Positions 21,509 through 32,028 of a stretch of 64,000 nucleotides of DNA are shown in pieces. The DNA comes from a virus: the IMG/VR virus record IMGVR_UViG_3300003322_000968, positions 13,573-77,572 of that record, one strand, 5' to 3'. How positions within the stretch are numbered: position 1 is the stretch's first letter; each line of letters starts with the position of its first letter. Both the position numbers and the translations under genes were made by a program. The notes under the pieces are model-generated. The model was not told the origin of the DNA. It was given only the letters and a program-made list of their open reading frames with translations, and made no database searches.

Positions 21509-23965
21509 ATGAAGTATTTAATTGTCATATTATCATTCTTTGCTATACTGGCATTTGCTAATAACACCGGCATTTCGGTAAAACCCATAAAGCAGGATAC
21601 AGTTCCAACCGGAGCTGCGCCGCAATTGTTTGGCAGTAAATTATATGAATTTAGGAATTACGCTTTGATCGATTCGTTTCTTATGATTGCCGAGGGCGAT
21701 ACCTTTGCTTATCCACGCTGGCCAGCCATAAAATTTAAAAGTTCTGATAAAAGGTGGTACGGTCACGATAAATCCAAATGGCAGCGGTTTTTATATGCCA
21801 GCGATACGAGCACTTTACTGGCGACGCGATATGACTTAACACAATTGCCACAAACAATTCTTTCGAATGTGGGTTCGGGCTATCGCTTAGTTACAAACCC
21901 AAATGGCAGCATTAAAACAATCGCTAACAGCAATACAGTAATCTGGGATAGCACAAGTAATGCAAACTCATTAACCGCAAAAGTAGATACCGCTGTAATT
22001 GCTACTCAATATGATATTGCCCAGTTGGGCGTATTTAATACCTACTATGCATATGTTGATACGTTAGGCAATGACGCCACCGGCGCGTTAAATAATGCCG
22101 CAAAGCCATTTAAGACCATAAATGCCGCATTAGATGCACTACCCTCGCAGGGTGGCGTAATTCCGATTGGATTAGGCAAATTCAATAGTCCCGATTCGGC
22201 TAAGATGAAATCCAACGTTTGGTTTAAGGGTTCGGGCATGCCCGTAGCAAATGATACAATGACTGTGAATGCGTATTATAACAACACTATAAAGGTACCT
22301 ACGCGGTTAATCGGCGGTACCATATTAACCGGTTCTTTCATAGTGCCATATAATCGCGAACATATACATTGTACAGATCTGGGAGTTGATGTTGGGTCCG
22401 ATTGGGTTGCTAACGTGAACGGTGGAGTGGAGGTAGATGGATTTATGTGCCCGCAATTTTATAATCCTGCCGGAGGTCTACCGTCAGCAGACGGAAAGCA
22501 CCTCCTACAAACACAAACGAAGCCAAGGCGTGGGATGTTGTTTAAGAATATCAATGTCCTCCTTTCTTCCGCAACTTCGCCATACCACGCATTCTTACTT
22601 GAGAACATGACATTTGCTATTGCTGACAATATCTATACAACGTATGGTTTTGCCGGAGTTGTGATAAAGACAATGGGAGGAATTTATACAAATCTACATA
22701 CGCGTGGACACGGCACCTATCATATTATACCAAAGTCAAACGACTACAGTTATTGCTACGGAGTTGTTATAAATGGCTTCGAGTGCGGGCCGATCTTGGG
22801 TAATAATGGCACAGGGATAACGCTTGATCAAAACGATCCAGGGAGCCCCGGTATTTATTGGTGTAATATAAGCAACGGCTTTATAAATCATGTAGGAACA
22901 GGAATGTCGTTGACGGGTGATAATATGAACATTAGCAACATCAACATCGTCGATGTGGGAATTTCAGGCGTCGTTTCGGCTAATCTTATACGTTCTCATA
23001 TTGATAACATAACCCAACGAATTGCCCCACAACAGGGGTTTAGCATAGACCCCGGATCAATATTGTCAGACGGGGCAACCACATGGAGTAATTGTACTGC
23101 TATAGGAAATCTTGGCGACGGATTTCGTGTTTTAAATGGGACGGCAAAGAATTATTTCGAGAATATAATTTCTGGCGAGAATACGGGCTATGGATTTAAT
23201 TCCAACGGTACGGCATGGGTGGGTAATCATACATATTATAGTAATACAGCGGGCGCAACGACAGGAACAATGCATAATAGAGTTGCAGTTACTTCTTTGC
23301 TATCAGCCGGGACAGGTATATCCTTATCAGGAAGTGGAACCGAAGCCAGTCCGTACTCAATCAGTTCAAGCTATTCCGCGCCTATAACTTCAATAAACTC
23401 TCAAACGGGCCCAGCGATAACAATAACAGCTGGCACTGCTATAACAACAAGTACATTAAGTAATGACATCACTATTGCATATGATAAAACAAACAGTGAA
23501 GTATATCACACCTTGGCAAATTATTTAATAGACGCGAATAATTCAGGCACAGCTGAAACTGATTTATATAGTACAACGGTTGGAGCTAATAAATTAATTA
23601 GCAATGGGCAGTCGTTGTCATTTGAAATTTCAGGAACCTTCAATGATATCACCGCAACAGCAGACGTACAATTCTATTTCGCGGGAGCTTCTTTTGGTAA
23701 TACTGGGGCCTTAACCATAAGCACAACCGGGGCATGGAGCGCAAGAGGCATGATAATAAGAACAACCTCTACGACTGCACGAGCATATGTTACAATAACC
23801 ACACCGGGCGCATCAACAGCTGAGTATACCAATGAACTTGATCTAACCGGATTGGATTTTACTACATCGAATGTTTTCAAAGTAACCGCGCAGGCTGGCG
23901 GCGCCGGAGGTGGCAGCAATGATATAACCGCAAAGCTGGGTAAATTAAAATTCGAATCTAATTAA
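21509..23965 (+). CDS. Tail spike/depolymerase-like right-handed beta-helix protein
   Basis: 'YVDTLGNDATG...KPFKTINAALDAL' precedes pectin-lyase-like helices; Asn/Gly/Ile-rich repeats; hydrophobic signal-like N-terminus. Confidence 0.7.
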   Translation: MKYLIVILSFFAILAFANNTGISVKPIKQDTVPTGAAPQLFGSKLYEFRNYALIDSFLMIAEGDTFAYPRWPAIKFKSSDKRWYGHDKSKWQRFLYASDTSTLLATRYDLTQLPQTILSNVGSGYRLVTNPNGSIKTIANSNTVIWDSTSNANSLTAKVDTAVIATQYDIAQLGVFNTYYAYVDTLGNDATGALNNAAKPFKTINAALDALPSQGGVIPIGLGKFNSPDSAKMKSNVWFKGSGMPVANDTMTVNAYYNNTIKVPTRLIGGTILTGSFIVPYNREHIHCTDLGVDVGSDWVANVNGGVEVDGFMCPQFYNPAGGLPSADGKHLLQTQTKPRRGMLFKNINVLLSSATSPYHAFLLENMTFAIADNIYTTYGFAGVVIKTMGGIYTNLHTRGHGTYHIIPKSNDYSYCYGVVINGFECGPILGNNGTGITLDQNDPGSPGIYWCNISNGFINHVGTGMSLTGDNMNISNINIVDVGISGVVSANLIRSHIDNITQRIAPQQGFSIDPGSILSDGATTWSNCTAIGNLGDGFRVLNGTAKNYFENIISGENTGYGFNSNGTAWVGNHTYYSNTAGATTGTMHNRVAVTSLLSAGTGISLSGSGTEASPYSISSSYSAPITSINSQTGPAITITAGTAITTSTLSNDITIAYDKTNSEVYHTLANYLIDANNSGTAETDLYSTTVGANKLISNGQSLSFEISGTFNDITATADVQFYFAGASFGNTGALTISTTGAWSARGMIIRTTSTTARAYVTITTPGASTAEYTNELDLTGLDFTTSNVFKVTAQAGGAGGGSNDITAKLGKLKFESN

Positions 23966-23973
23966 TAGGTTCA

Positions 23974-24201
23974 ATGAACGAGAAAGCTCAAACTATAATT
24001 GTATCACTACTAACAGCAGCACTAATCGCATGTTTCGGGTTTTTGTGGAACCTGAATGGCACATTATCGCGTATGGAAGAGCGAGATGTAACGAGAGAGA
24101 AAGCGCTTAATGATATAAACCTGAAGATAAACTCAATACAATTAGATCTCATTGATCTGCGCGACCGAATCATACGAATTGAAACCAAAACGCAAAAATG
24201 A
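23974..24201 (+). CDS. Small membrane protein (lysis cassette)
   Basis: One N-terminal TM helix plus coiled coil. Confidence 0.5.
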   Translation: MNEKAQTIIVSLLTAALIACFGFLWNLNGTLSRMEERDVTREKALNDINLKINSIQLDLIDLRDRIIRIETKTQK

Positions 24202-24494
24202 TGAACTACTACGAACAGATATTATTAGCGGCTGGTGGTTACGCGCTTCACCTTCTAAAAATGTGGGGCGAATCAATTAAGCGCAAAGAGAGGTTTGTCA
24301 AAGAGACATTTTACATCAGCATCGCAATGAATGTGATTTCTATATTCATTATGATTTATATAGGCGGTTCATTGCCGGCTGATATAATTGTAATGAGCCC
24401 GCTAACCTGCGTAATCATTGGGACGTTCGGCAGTTCAATGCTTTCGGGCATTATAAATATTAAGAAGCCTAAAGACATAAACGATACGGAATGA
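24198..24494 (+). CDS. Putative holin
   Basis: 98 aa, 2-3 TM segments, charged C-terminus, Met-Met start. Confidence 0.55.
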   Translation: MMNYYEQILLAAGGYALHLLKMWGESIKRKERFVKETFYISIAMNVISIFIMIYIGGSLPADIIVMSPLTCVIIGTFGSSMLSGIINIKKPKDINDTE

Positions 24495-25237
24495 AGTTTG
24501 ATTTCAAAGATATCGCTTGGGTAGCAGTTGTTACACTCATTGTGATATTCCTATCAAAATGCCATAGGGAAAAAACAGACCTGCAAGATGCGGAGCTTAA
24601 TAAGCTAGGACTAAAGATTCATGAAGATTCGATCGAGACCGCGCGGGTTATAAAACAATATGAAATTATTGTTGCAAACAAAGACACAATAGCAACACTG
24701 TACATAAACAGAAACAAAGCAATTGAGCAGCAGGCCGATAAGCAAGCCGCTACTGTGCTGCGCTTATCAGCGGCATTAAGGGCTTATCAATTACCGGGGG
24801 ATTCGAACATAACAACTGTTAGTCACGAATACATTGATTATTGCGATAGCCTTGCGCTTACCTCTAGTGACCTGGCTATAAACTTCAATAACTATAAACG
24901 GAATGCGGCTTTCATCATAGCGGCCAAAGACACTGCATTACTTGCTAAAGATAGCATCATCGCTGCGGAGCGTAAAGCGAAGTCTGACTGTAAGAATGGC
25001 TATAACGCGTTAATGCGGATCTACCAGCATGATCAATCTGTTAATAAGCTGCATAGTCAATTATACATCGGAGCTGAATTAATCGGTAACCCTAATTACT
25101 TAATTAGCAATGTGGGCCTTGCGTTAACCCTAAAAACAAAAGCCAACAAGCTTTGGCAATTATCTGGCGGCATAATGACAAGCGGCCAGTATTACGCGAG
25201 AATCAATGGCAACATATTGATATCACTAAAACGATAA
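24491..25237 (+). CDS. Putative spanin-like membrane-anchored coiled-coil protein
   Basis: N-terminal TM ending 'LSKC', long coiled coil, beta-rich C-terminus, within the lysis cassette. Confidence 0.45.
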   Translation: MKFDFKDIAWVAVVTLIVIFLSKCHREKTDLQDAELNKLGLKIHEDSIETARVIKQYEIIVANKDTIATLYINRNKAIEQQADKQAATVLRLSAALRAYQLPGDSNITTVSHEYIDYCDSLALTSSDLAINFNNYKRNAAFIIAAKDTALLAKDSIIAAERKAKSDCKNGYNALMRIYQHDQSVNKLHSQLYIGAELIGNPNYLISNVGLALTLKTKANKLWQLSGGIMTSGQYYARINGNILISLKR

Positions 25238-25239
25238 TT

Positions 25240-25440
25240 ATGAAGTTCTTTAAAAAGTATTCGGGGTATATAGGTTTTGGCTCCCTGCTATCGGGAATGA
25301 TTATAGGCGGTTGGGGTTGGGATAAATTTGAATCTACCATAACGGCCAGGACACATGGTTCAGTATTTATGATAATAGTTGGGGTGGCGCTGATCATAAT
25401 CGGCTTATTGGCATTGAATTTAAGTTCTCAAAAAAGATGA
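25240..25440 (+). CDS. Small two-TM membrane protein
   Basis: Likely start at MKFFKK; two hydrophobic segments. Confidence 0.5.
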   Translation: MKFFKKYSGYIGFGSLLSGMIIGGWGWDKFESTITARTHGSVFMIIVGVALIIIGLLALNLSSQKR

Positions 25441-25763
25441 TCGGCTATGTATTCATAGCGTTGGCGGCATTCTTTAATGCCTGTATGGACGCATGGGAAA
25501 ATGAACCCAACTTCAATGAGAGCATTTTTAGACATTGGAATCAGCGCTTTTGGTTAAAGGAGATTTCTTGGCAGTATGCCAGAAAGATATTCTCCTATAA
25601 AATTGACGCTTGGCATCTTGCAAAATCATTAATGGTTATCTGCTTTGCTATTGCATTATGCTTCGATTATCGTGGCGCGTGGTATATAATAGTTATTAAC
25701 TGCGGAGTTGTATGGAATTTCTCTTTCTGGCTTTACTACCATAAGATCTTTAAAATAAAATAG
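25437..25763 (+). CDS. Membrane protein of a Bacteroidota phage family
   Basis: Three hydrophobic segments, 'DAWHLAK' motif. Confidence 0.55.
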   Translation: MIGYVFIALAAFFNACMDAWENEPNFNESIFRHWNQRFWLKEISWQYARKIFSYKIDAWHLAKSLMVICFAIALCFDYRGAWYIIVINCGVVWNFSFWLYYHKIFKIK

Positions 25764-25925
25764 CCCCTCTATAGACATAGACGAGCTATAGTTATAATAT
25801 CTGATTAGCGAATACTAATATACGGCTTTTAATTAAAGCTCCAAATAAAAAACCCCGGTAGCTATCCGGGGCTCATGACAAAAAAAGGACACAAACCTTG
25901 CATTGATCCAAAAATACTCTTTTTT

Positions 25926-26459
25926 ATGAATCTCCCAAATGATTATGTGTGGCTTCTTAATGAGCCGGGCCCTAAGATGCTATTAGAGGCACTGAAGCTC
26001 TATGGCACTACGGAGGCGCCTGGAGAGGGCGACAATCCTGTCATTTTAGAGTGGGCTAAAGAGGTCGGCCTTGATAAGGTCTATAAGCATGATGCAACCG
26101 CTTGGTGCGGTTTGTTTATGGCGGTTGTCGCCAAAAGGGCTGGTAAGCAATTACCTCCTGGTGGCCCTCTTTGGGCACTCAACTGGGGGCAGTTTGGTGA
26201 TAAGGTTGAGGACGGGCCAAAACTGGGCGACATTTTAGTGTTCAAACGAGCTGGGGGCGGCCATGTCACGCTTTACGTCGGGGAAGATGATGAATGCTAT
26301 CATTGCCTAGGAGGCAATCAATCTGATATGGTGAACATTGTAAGAAAACCATGGAGCCGCATTTACGCCATTCGCCGGCCTCATTATAACATACAGCCGG
26401 CAAATGTGCGTAAAATCATATTAGACAGTAATGGATCTATAGATGAAAAAGAATCATAA
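25926..26459 (+). CDS. Endolysin, NlpC/P60-like peptidoglycan peptidase (TIGR02594-like)
   Basis: 'AWCGLF' catalytic Cys, 'GHV' His, 'LGGNQSD'; likely start MNLPND at 25926. Confidence 0.85.
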   Translation: MNLPNDYVWLLNEPGPKMLLEALKLYGTTEAPGEGDNPVILEWAKEVGLDKVYKHDATAWCGLFMAVVAKRAGKQLPPGGPLWALNWGQFGDKVEDGPKLGDILVFKRAGGGHVTLYVGEDDECYHCLGGNQSDMVNIVRKPWSRIYAIRRPHYNIQPANVRKIILDSNGSIDEKES

Positions 26460-26702
26460 TGTATAAGGGAGCCCGCACTCTATTGCAATATTTTTCATGG
26501 TACTAAGGCGGATTTGTTTATCGCCACGATTTCTCAATTCACGCTGCAATTGCCCCAGCGGCGTGCTGGGGTTTTCCTTAATTATCTTATAAGCAGCCGC
26601 AGTTGATTCCTCTTTCTGATATTTAATATTATAAACCGCCATCTGGGCCTCAGCTAATAAGTCAGGGTGTATTCTTATTCCTATCATTACTCCTTTCGCC
26701 AT
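26454..26702 (-). CDS. Ribbon-helix-helix-like DNA-binding protein
   Basis: 'MAKGVMIGIRIHPDLLAEAQ' strand-helix pattern; adjacent to attP. Confidence 0.45.
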   Translation of the reverse strand: MAKGVMIGIRIHPDLLAEAQMAVYNIKYQKEESTAAAYKIIKENPSTPLGQLQRELRNRGDKQIRLSTMKNIAIECGLPYTL

Positions 26703-26789
26703 GGCCTCAAAGATAAATAACAAGGTAGTTTTAAACAAACTTAAACATGTTTAACATTTCCTTTACCTTAGCGGAATGGAAATAAAAAC

Positions 26790-27034
26790 AACGCACCAAA
26801 CAACGCACCGAAGATTCAAAAATTACATTCAAATAATTGTATATCAATGACATAAGCATATGTACAGAAATCCCCCTAAAGGGGATATTTTATTTTTAAT
26901 GTAATTCATTGTAAATCTATTGAAATCGGCCATGGTATTGTGTTTTAGGGGTAAATTTCATAACGAATAACCTTAACCTATCTTAACCTACATTCACCCA
27001 CCTTTACCTTAAATAACGCACCAAACTACGCACC
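26790..27034. other. Putative attP with integrase arm-type sites
   Basis: Paired (A/T)ACGCACC direct repeats with 12-nt period at 26790/26802 and 27015/27027 flank an AT-rich core just upstream of the integrase; TAACCT repeats near 26968-26990. Confidence 0.65.
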
Positions 27035-27069
27035 AAAATTTGCTATATTCGTTTAAAATAAACCCATAT

Positions 27070-28182
27070 ATGGCAAACTACAAAATCACATTCCGAGTGC
27101 GCTGGGACAAATATAGCGCCGCGCAACAAGGCTACCCAATTTGGTTAAGGTTTAAAGTGAAGGGGTGTAAAGAAAAGTTTAAGGAAACGGAGCTTTATAT
27201 ACAAAGCCGCGAGCAATGGAGCGGTAAAGAGGTTAAAAAACACCCCGATGCCCAGAAGATGAACATCCTGCTGGCAAAGAAGAAAATAGAATTGAATGCC
27301 CAGCTTATGAACGACAAAATAGCAGACATTCCAATAACAGCAAACTCCCATAAGAAGCAGCGCGGCATCCCCAGTTTTTTTGAGTATATCAAAGAGGTTC
27401 GCGGCACGAACAGAAAAACCACCAACCTTATAAATAACATAAAAGAATATTTGGGTTACGAGCCCTCTATCCATGAAATTGACATTGCCTGGCTGCGTAA
27501 GTATGAAACTCATTTACGTAAGAAGCTAAAGTATAAGGATAATTCCATAAATACCATATTCAAGGTATTGCGTCGGGTAACCAACCAAGCCGTATTGGAG
27601 AAGCACATCAAAGAGAGGGTGATTGGCAAGGGGGCCTACCAAATGCCCGCTGCTGGTAAAACCACACCTGTTTTCCTTGTAAAAGAGGAGCGCGCAAGAT
27701 GGATGAAGGGGCTTGTTGAAAATGAGATTGCAAACCCTGTAACCCGGCGAGCGCTTCTGTATTTCATGCTATCTTGCTATAGTGGTTTGCGCCATAGTGA
27801 TCTGCGTAAATTCAATACAGACAAGCATGTGATAGATGATATGATTGTATTGCGAGCCACAAAAACCGGCGAATTAATCTGTTATCCGATAGGCGAATCT
27901 TTAAAAACAATCATTGCGCTAATTCGCATTTTAGGCCCATTGTGCATGGAATATAAGGTTTATAATGCAGCATTGAAGGATATTGCTAAGCAGTTTGAGA
28001 CCAAGAAAAATGTCTCGACACACGTAGGGCGTCATTCATTTGGCCGCTTCATGGCAGAACAAAATGTATCAGAATCAGATTGCGCATATTACATGGGAAT
28101 TGGCATTAAGGTGGTGCAAATTTATTATCATATAACAGGCAAAATTAGAAATGATCGCAATCAGCATTTGCGCGTAGCGTAG
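27070..28182 (+). CDS. int: Tyrosine integrase (Bacteroidota arm-binding/SAM/catalytic type)
   Basis: 'YSGLRHSDL' (R), 'KTG' (K), 'HVGRHSF' (HxxR), C-terminal 'QIYY' Tyr. Confidence 0.92.
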   Translation: MANYKITFRVRWDKYSAAQQGYPIWLRFKVKGCKEKFKETELYIQSREQWSGKEVKKHPDAQKMNILLAKKKIELNAQLMNDKIADIPITANSHKKQRGIPSFFEYIKEVRGTNRKTTNLINNIKEYLGYEPSIHEIDIAWLRKYETHLRKKLKYKDNSINTIFKVLRRVTNQAVLEKHIKERVIGKGAYQMPAAGKTTPVFLVKEERARWMKGLVENEIANPVTRRALLYFMLSCYSGLRHSDLRKFNTDKHVIDDMIVLRATKTGELICYPIGESLKTIIALIRILGPLCMEYKVYNAALKDIAKQFETKKNVSTHVGRHSFGRFMAEQNVSESDCAYYMGIGIKVVQIYYHITGKIRNDRNQHLRVA

Positions 28183-28183
28183 A

Positions 28184-28828
28184 CTACTCTCCAGGGCCCA
28201 GTTCTTTTGGGCCCTTTTTGCTGTTCTTTTGTTCTAAAAGCCGCTTATCGAGGCCGAACATTTTTAAGGCGAGGTAGAACTGGTCTTTTCTCACAATCTT
28301 TCCTTTAATAAACTTATCAAGTAAATTAGCTATTTGTTTTGCCTGTTCGGTAAAGGCGGTGCCCGCTTGTCCGGATTTAAGATCCTTTAAATTCATTAAG
28401 GCCCTTTCTATTGTTTTATTCATTTCGGCTATATCGCCGCCCGATTCTTCCATAAAGGAAATGAACATGGTGCGAAGCTTTGTTAGTTGCTCATCTTCGA
28501 GACTTGGCTTGGGCGCTACCAGATCTGGATTATCGGCGCCGGGCTGTGGCAAACCCAATTCAGCGCAAATGTGATCAAAGGCCTGAGCGCCCTCTTCATC
28601 GGTTACAGGTATCCAATGCCGTAAATACTCTGGCATTTCTTCAAATTTTACATTGTACGGACGCGCTGATGTAAATAACCTTACAGTTTCATTATCATCC
28701 AGAATCTGGTACTTTATAAACCTTAATGGCAGGCCATCTATATTGTAAGTGCTATTGATCATCAACTTTAGATGTTCCTTCCATTTCGTTATCTGAGGAA
28801 CTTCCTCGGGCAGATTGTTGTTGTTCAT
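28184..28828 (-). CDS. Hypothetical protein
   Basis: 214-aa ORF in an operon with upstream genes. Confidence 0.55.
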   Translation of the reverse strand: MNNNNLPEEVPQITKWKEHLKLMINSTYNIDGLPLRFIKYQILDDNETVRLFTSARPYNVKFEEMPEYLRHWIPVTDEEGAQAFDHICAELGLPQPGADNPDLVAPKPSLEDEQLTKLRTMFISFMEESGGDIAEMNKTIERALMNLKDLKSGQAGTAFTEQAKQIANLLDKFIKGKIVRKDQFYLALKMFGLDKRLLEQKNSKKGPKELGPGE

Positions 28829-29792
28829 TTTCTATGGCTTTTATGGCGCGTTTTAATTCTATGCTTTTGCGCATCATGTTAATAAGTGCCTGATCTTTTC
28901 TATTATCTTCTTTTGTATTAGGGTCAATAACGTGTCTATTTATCACTCCGACTACATACCAATCGGTGAGGTTTTTAACGCCCTCATCAAAAACAGTTAC
29001 ACGAGTTAGTTGCAAATTCTCAATCTCGCTAGGGCCGTCTGGATTTATTTTCTCAACCCACATTCCAGGTGGAATTTCGCCTTTGTGTTTGCGCCATAGA
29101 TACGGAAGCAATAATTGATACTCTCCCTCTCCAGTCTTTATTAGCTCTCTCTTTTTTCCATCGTGCTTCCAGGCAGTAATGCCGCCTATTGGTATAGTTT
29201 CTTTGACATACTTTATTAGTTGCAGATTGTCAACTGTAAGAGGCGCGTTTTCGTCTATCCAGTCAACTCGCATGCCAAATGGAATATGACCATGGGTTTG
29301 CTCCCATAGGTATTTTGCATAGGGTCTGTACTTTGCCTGATCTAATTTTATGAGCCACTGTTTTCTTTTTTTCCAGTCTCCATATACTATTGCGCCTATT
29401 TTTGGGCTCCTTGTTTCATGTGCCTTATAAATTGCGGCCAATTTAATTTGTTTGTAATACGGTTGGGAGCGTATGAATTTACGATCCGCCTCAGTGCGCA
29501 CTAATTGGTGGTGATATATTATTATAGAAATGTCTTTTTCCCTCATAAAAGAATAGCCCATTTCATTCAGCTTAATGGCCATTTCTCTATTCGCCATTTT
29601 TCGAAAGTTGTCTTTTACATATAACAATACTTCTTCAGGATAAATAATCGCCCCTTTGCCTTTAATGTTATATTTTCTGCGTCTTTTTCGTATTTCAGAA
29701 ACTTTGCAGTTCAGCATAGCGGCCAACTCATGATCATAAATTTTCCCGGCGTATTTATCGAAGATTTCTATTGCTTCAGGAGTCCAGTTCAT
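28752..29792 (-). CDS. HTH plus tandem degenerate HNH-like domain protein
   Basis: N-terminal 'WTPEAIE...ELAAML' Myb/HTH-like; two 'YLWE..HG.IP.GM.V....NLQL' HNH-like repeats. Confidence 0.6.
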   Translation of the reverse strand: MNWTPEAIEIFDKYAGKIYDHELAAMLNCKVSEIRKRRRKYNIKGKGAIIYPEEVLLYVKDNFRKMANREMAIKLNEMGYSFMREKDISIIIYHHQLVRTEADRKFIRSQPYYKQIKLAAIYKAHETRSPKIGAIVYGDWKKRKQWLIKLDQAKYRPYAKYLWEQTHGHIPFGMRVDWIDENAPLTVDNLQLIKYVKETIPIGGITAWKHDGKKRELIKTGEGEYQLLLPYLWRKHKGEIPPGMWVEKINPDGPSEIENLQLTRVTVFDEGVKNLTDWYVVGVINRHVIDPNTKEDNRKDQALINMMRKSIELKRAIKAIENEQQQSARGSSSDNEMEGTSKVDDQ

Positions 29793-30108
29793 GTGAATGC
29801 ATTTGTTATGATTTCGCGTGCATCATACCCGGCTTTGTCACGAGCATATAGGCTGTGTGGTTTATCGAGTTGTCGGCAATTGGCATGAAACCCCCTGCCG
29901 GTTTCTGTAGCTATATCTTTCACGCCCTCCAATGTGAAAAAATAATCATGCTCTCCTATTAGCCCTAGGTTGTGCATTTCCAATATTCTCTCAATGGTAA
30001 TTTTATTGCGGCCGACCACCATTTCAAAATGCGCTCTCGTAAAAGCCTTTTTCATAACGGGTTTGGCCCGCTTTGTTTTTGCCATTTCTAACAATTAAAG
30101 GTTAAGGA

Positions 30109-31149
30109 TTAATAACGATAAATAGGCTTAAGGATTATTTGGCTATCCATGTCAACCTTGACGGTCTCTGATTTCTCTCTTCTTATACGCATATTCCAAG
30201 CTTCGATTAAATGCTTAACCTTTGTTGTTATAGAAACGATGTTAGAGCGATTGCGATTGCGGTTTTTTAGGTGTGAAAATTCTTTCTCAAAATAGCCGCG
30301 AACAACTTTGACGGGATCATTAGCTTTGAGTTCAACGCCGCTTGCAAAGCTATCGAGGAATTGTGCGGCTTCGGCCTTCATGCCAGGCAACTGGCCCAAT
30401 ATATACATCATAAAGGCCCACTGTGGGGCAGTTAGAAAGTTTTTGCTATCCTTCATCCATCTGGTCTTAGCTCTTGTTAAGTGAGCTACAACTTCAACCA
30501 TCTGTGATTTCTTATTAACAAAAGCATTCACCTCATAGTTAGGAACATCTTTATCTCCAATTGAGCCCTTAACCATTGACCTGTTTTGGTATAATAGAAT
30601 TAGCTTAATTGTTTGGGCGATCTGGCGGCTGTCATTTGCGAAGTTGCCAATCTTAACCATGTCCTCAGCGTTGCGACGTTCATTCAGATCGATATACGAG
30701 AATGCGTCATCATCCAAGCCGGTTACGATAATATAATCTACAGAAACGCCGCTTAAGTAAATTGCCCAAAGCTTATGCTGCCCATCGATGAGCTTAAGTT
30801 TCTTTGTAATTCGTAGTGTATCACCATTTCGCTCTTTCCACTTCTTTGATTTCATTTGCTCTACATAGGAATTAATCGCCTTCCAGCGTAATTCTCTATT
30901 TTGATCATCATCGTTGAGTGTTAGGAGATCAAGGGCGATTTCGGGAGTAATTTTTACATAGAAGGGCTTCTCAGGGTCCGCCCGCTTAATACGTTCTATT
31001 ATGTCCGTTTGTAGTTTATGCCCTTTTAATATATCAAGGTAATCGGGTCTATTTATTTTCATTCGAAAGTTGTTTTGGCTTTTTGGGTTGGCCATTCGTT
31101 CAGAAGAGGTGGGATTGCTTCTTGTAGGGGAGATAACAACATTAGCCAT
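30109..31149 (-). CDS. ParB/Srx-like N-terminal domain protein
   Basis: 'NRELR...W...G...LIDGQHKL' motif. Confidence 0.7.
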   Translation of the reverse strand: MANVVISPTRSNPTSSERMANPKSQNNFRMKINRPDYLDILKGHKLQTDIIERIKRADPEKPFYVKITPEIALDLLTLNDDDQNRELRWKAINSYVEQMKSKKWKERNGDTLRITKKLKLIDGQHKLWAIYLSGVSVDYIIVTGLDDDAFSYIDLNERRNAEDMVKIGNFANDSRQIAQTIKLILLYQNRSMVKGSIGDKDVPNYEVNAFVNKKSQMVEVVAHLTRAKTRWMKDSKNFLTAPQWAFMMYILGQLPGMKAEAAQFLDSFASGVELKANDPVKVVRGYFEKEFSHLKNRNRNRSNIVSITTKVKHLIEAWNMRIRREKSETVKVDMDSQIILKPIYRY

Positions 31150-31323
31150 ACGCTGTCAGGGTGTTTAGTTTATTAGTTAATGATTTTAACGTCTCGAATT
31201 TAACAGAAATAATTTTATTCAAAAAAATTAATTATTAATTTTATTAGCACTGTATTTGTATTAAGAATTGCAGTAATTGGTAGATAACATTAACTAACAA
31301 TCTAAAAACCCTGACAGCGTATG
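31147..31323. repeat. 36-bp inverted repeat pair, each copy ending in a start codon
   Basis: 31147-31182 (-) CATTAACTAATAAACTAAACACCCTGACAGCGTATG vs 31288-31323 (+) CATTAACTAACAATCTAAAAACCCTGACAGCGTATG, 33/36 identical; third copy at 32553-32588. Confidence 0.85.
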
Positions 31324-31452
31324 AAGCACAAGACCAGGCCTAAAGCAGCTAACCCCAAACCTCCGCTCCTTTTGCGACTTATTGATCCTCAGCTAATAAC
31401 ACTAACGGGCAAACATGATCCGGCTATAAATAATAAAATCAAGAAAATTATT

Positions 31453-31884
31453 TCACGATCTTCTTAGTGACTTCTTGGTTCGCAACTCTCCAACTTCTTT
31501 CTGTAGTTTTAGCAACTGTTTGTTTATATCAACAAGCTTATCTAAAATAAGCTGCTGACTGGCTTCTATTATTGTCAGCTGTGTTCCCATTATTAATTCA
31601 ACTGAACCAGCAGCAAGCTTTGCTTGGTTCAGCAAATAGGGTTTTTCAAAATCCTCCAGATTATGTTTGTGGCGCTTTAGATAATCATTAAAGTGCAGGG
31701 CAAACTCCATGCTAATAGGGCGTTTCATGTTCATATAGGCGCTAATAAGGCCCGGGGAAACCTTCAGCGCTTTGGCGAGTGCCGCGCTCGTTTTAATATA
31801 CTTATTTACTCTTAACCAGTTAAAGGCATTAATGAACTGATTATTCAGTTTATAGCGATCTCTATGTGGTCTACGCTCGTTCAT
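31453..31884 (-). CDS. CI-like XRE HTH repressor
   Basis: 'SAALAKALKVSPGLISAYMNMKRPIS' HTH; divergent from a Cro-like gene. Confidence 0.7.
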   Translation of the reverse strand: MNERRPHRDRYKLNNQFINAFNWLRVNKYIKTSAALAKALKVSPGLISAYMNMKRPISMEFALHFNDYLKRHKHNLEDFEKPYLLNQAKLAAGSVELIMGTQLTIIEASQQLILDKLVDINKQLLKLQKEVGELRTKKSLRRS

Positions 31885-32028
31885 GGATGTTATATTTTTT
31901 TGTTGTTATGATATATGCGAATAGTGTTGTAGATATTTCGTTTGCTGAATAATCTTCACTTTTTTTGAATAAAATTTACAAGCCCTCTTAAGAGTCGCTA
32001 AGATTGTTCAAAAAAACTACAACTCCAA

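Noticed and set aside
879-24188. Numerous short antisense or overlapping ORFs within structural genes
   Set aside because: Shadow frames of long, motif-bearing plus-strand genes with no independent support.
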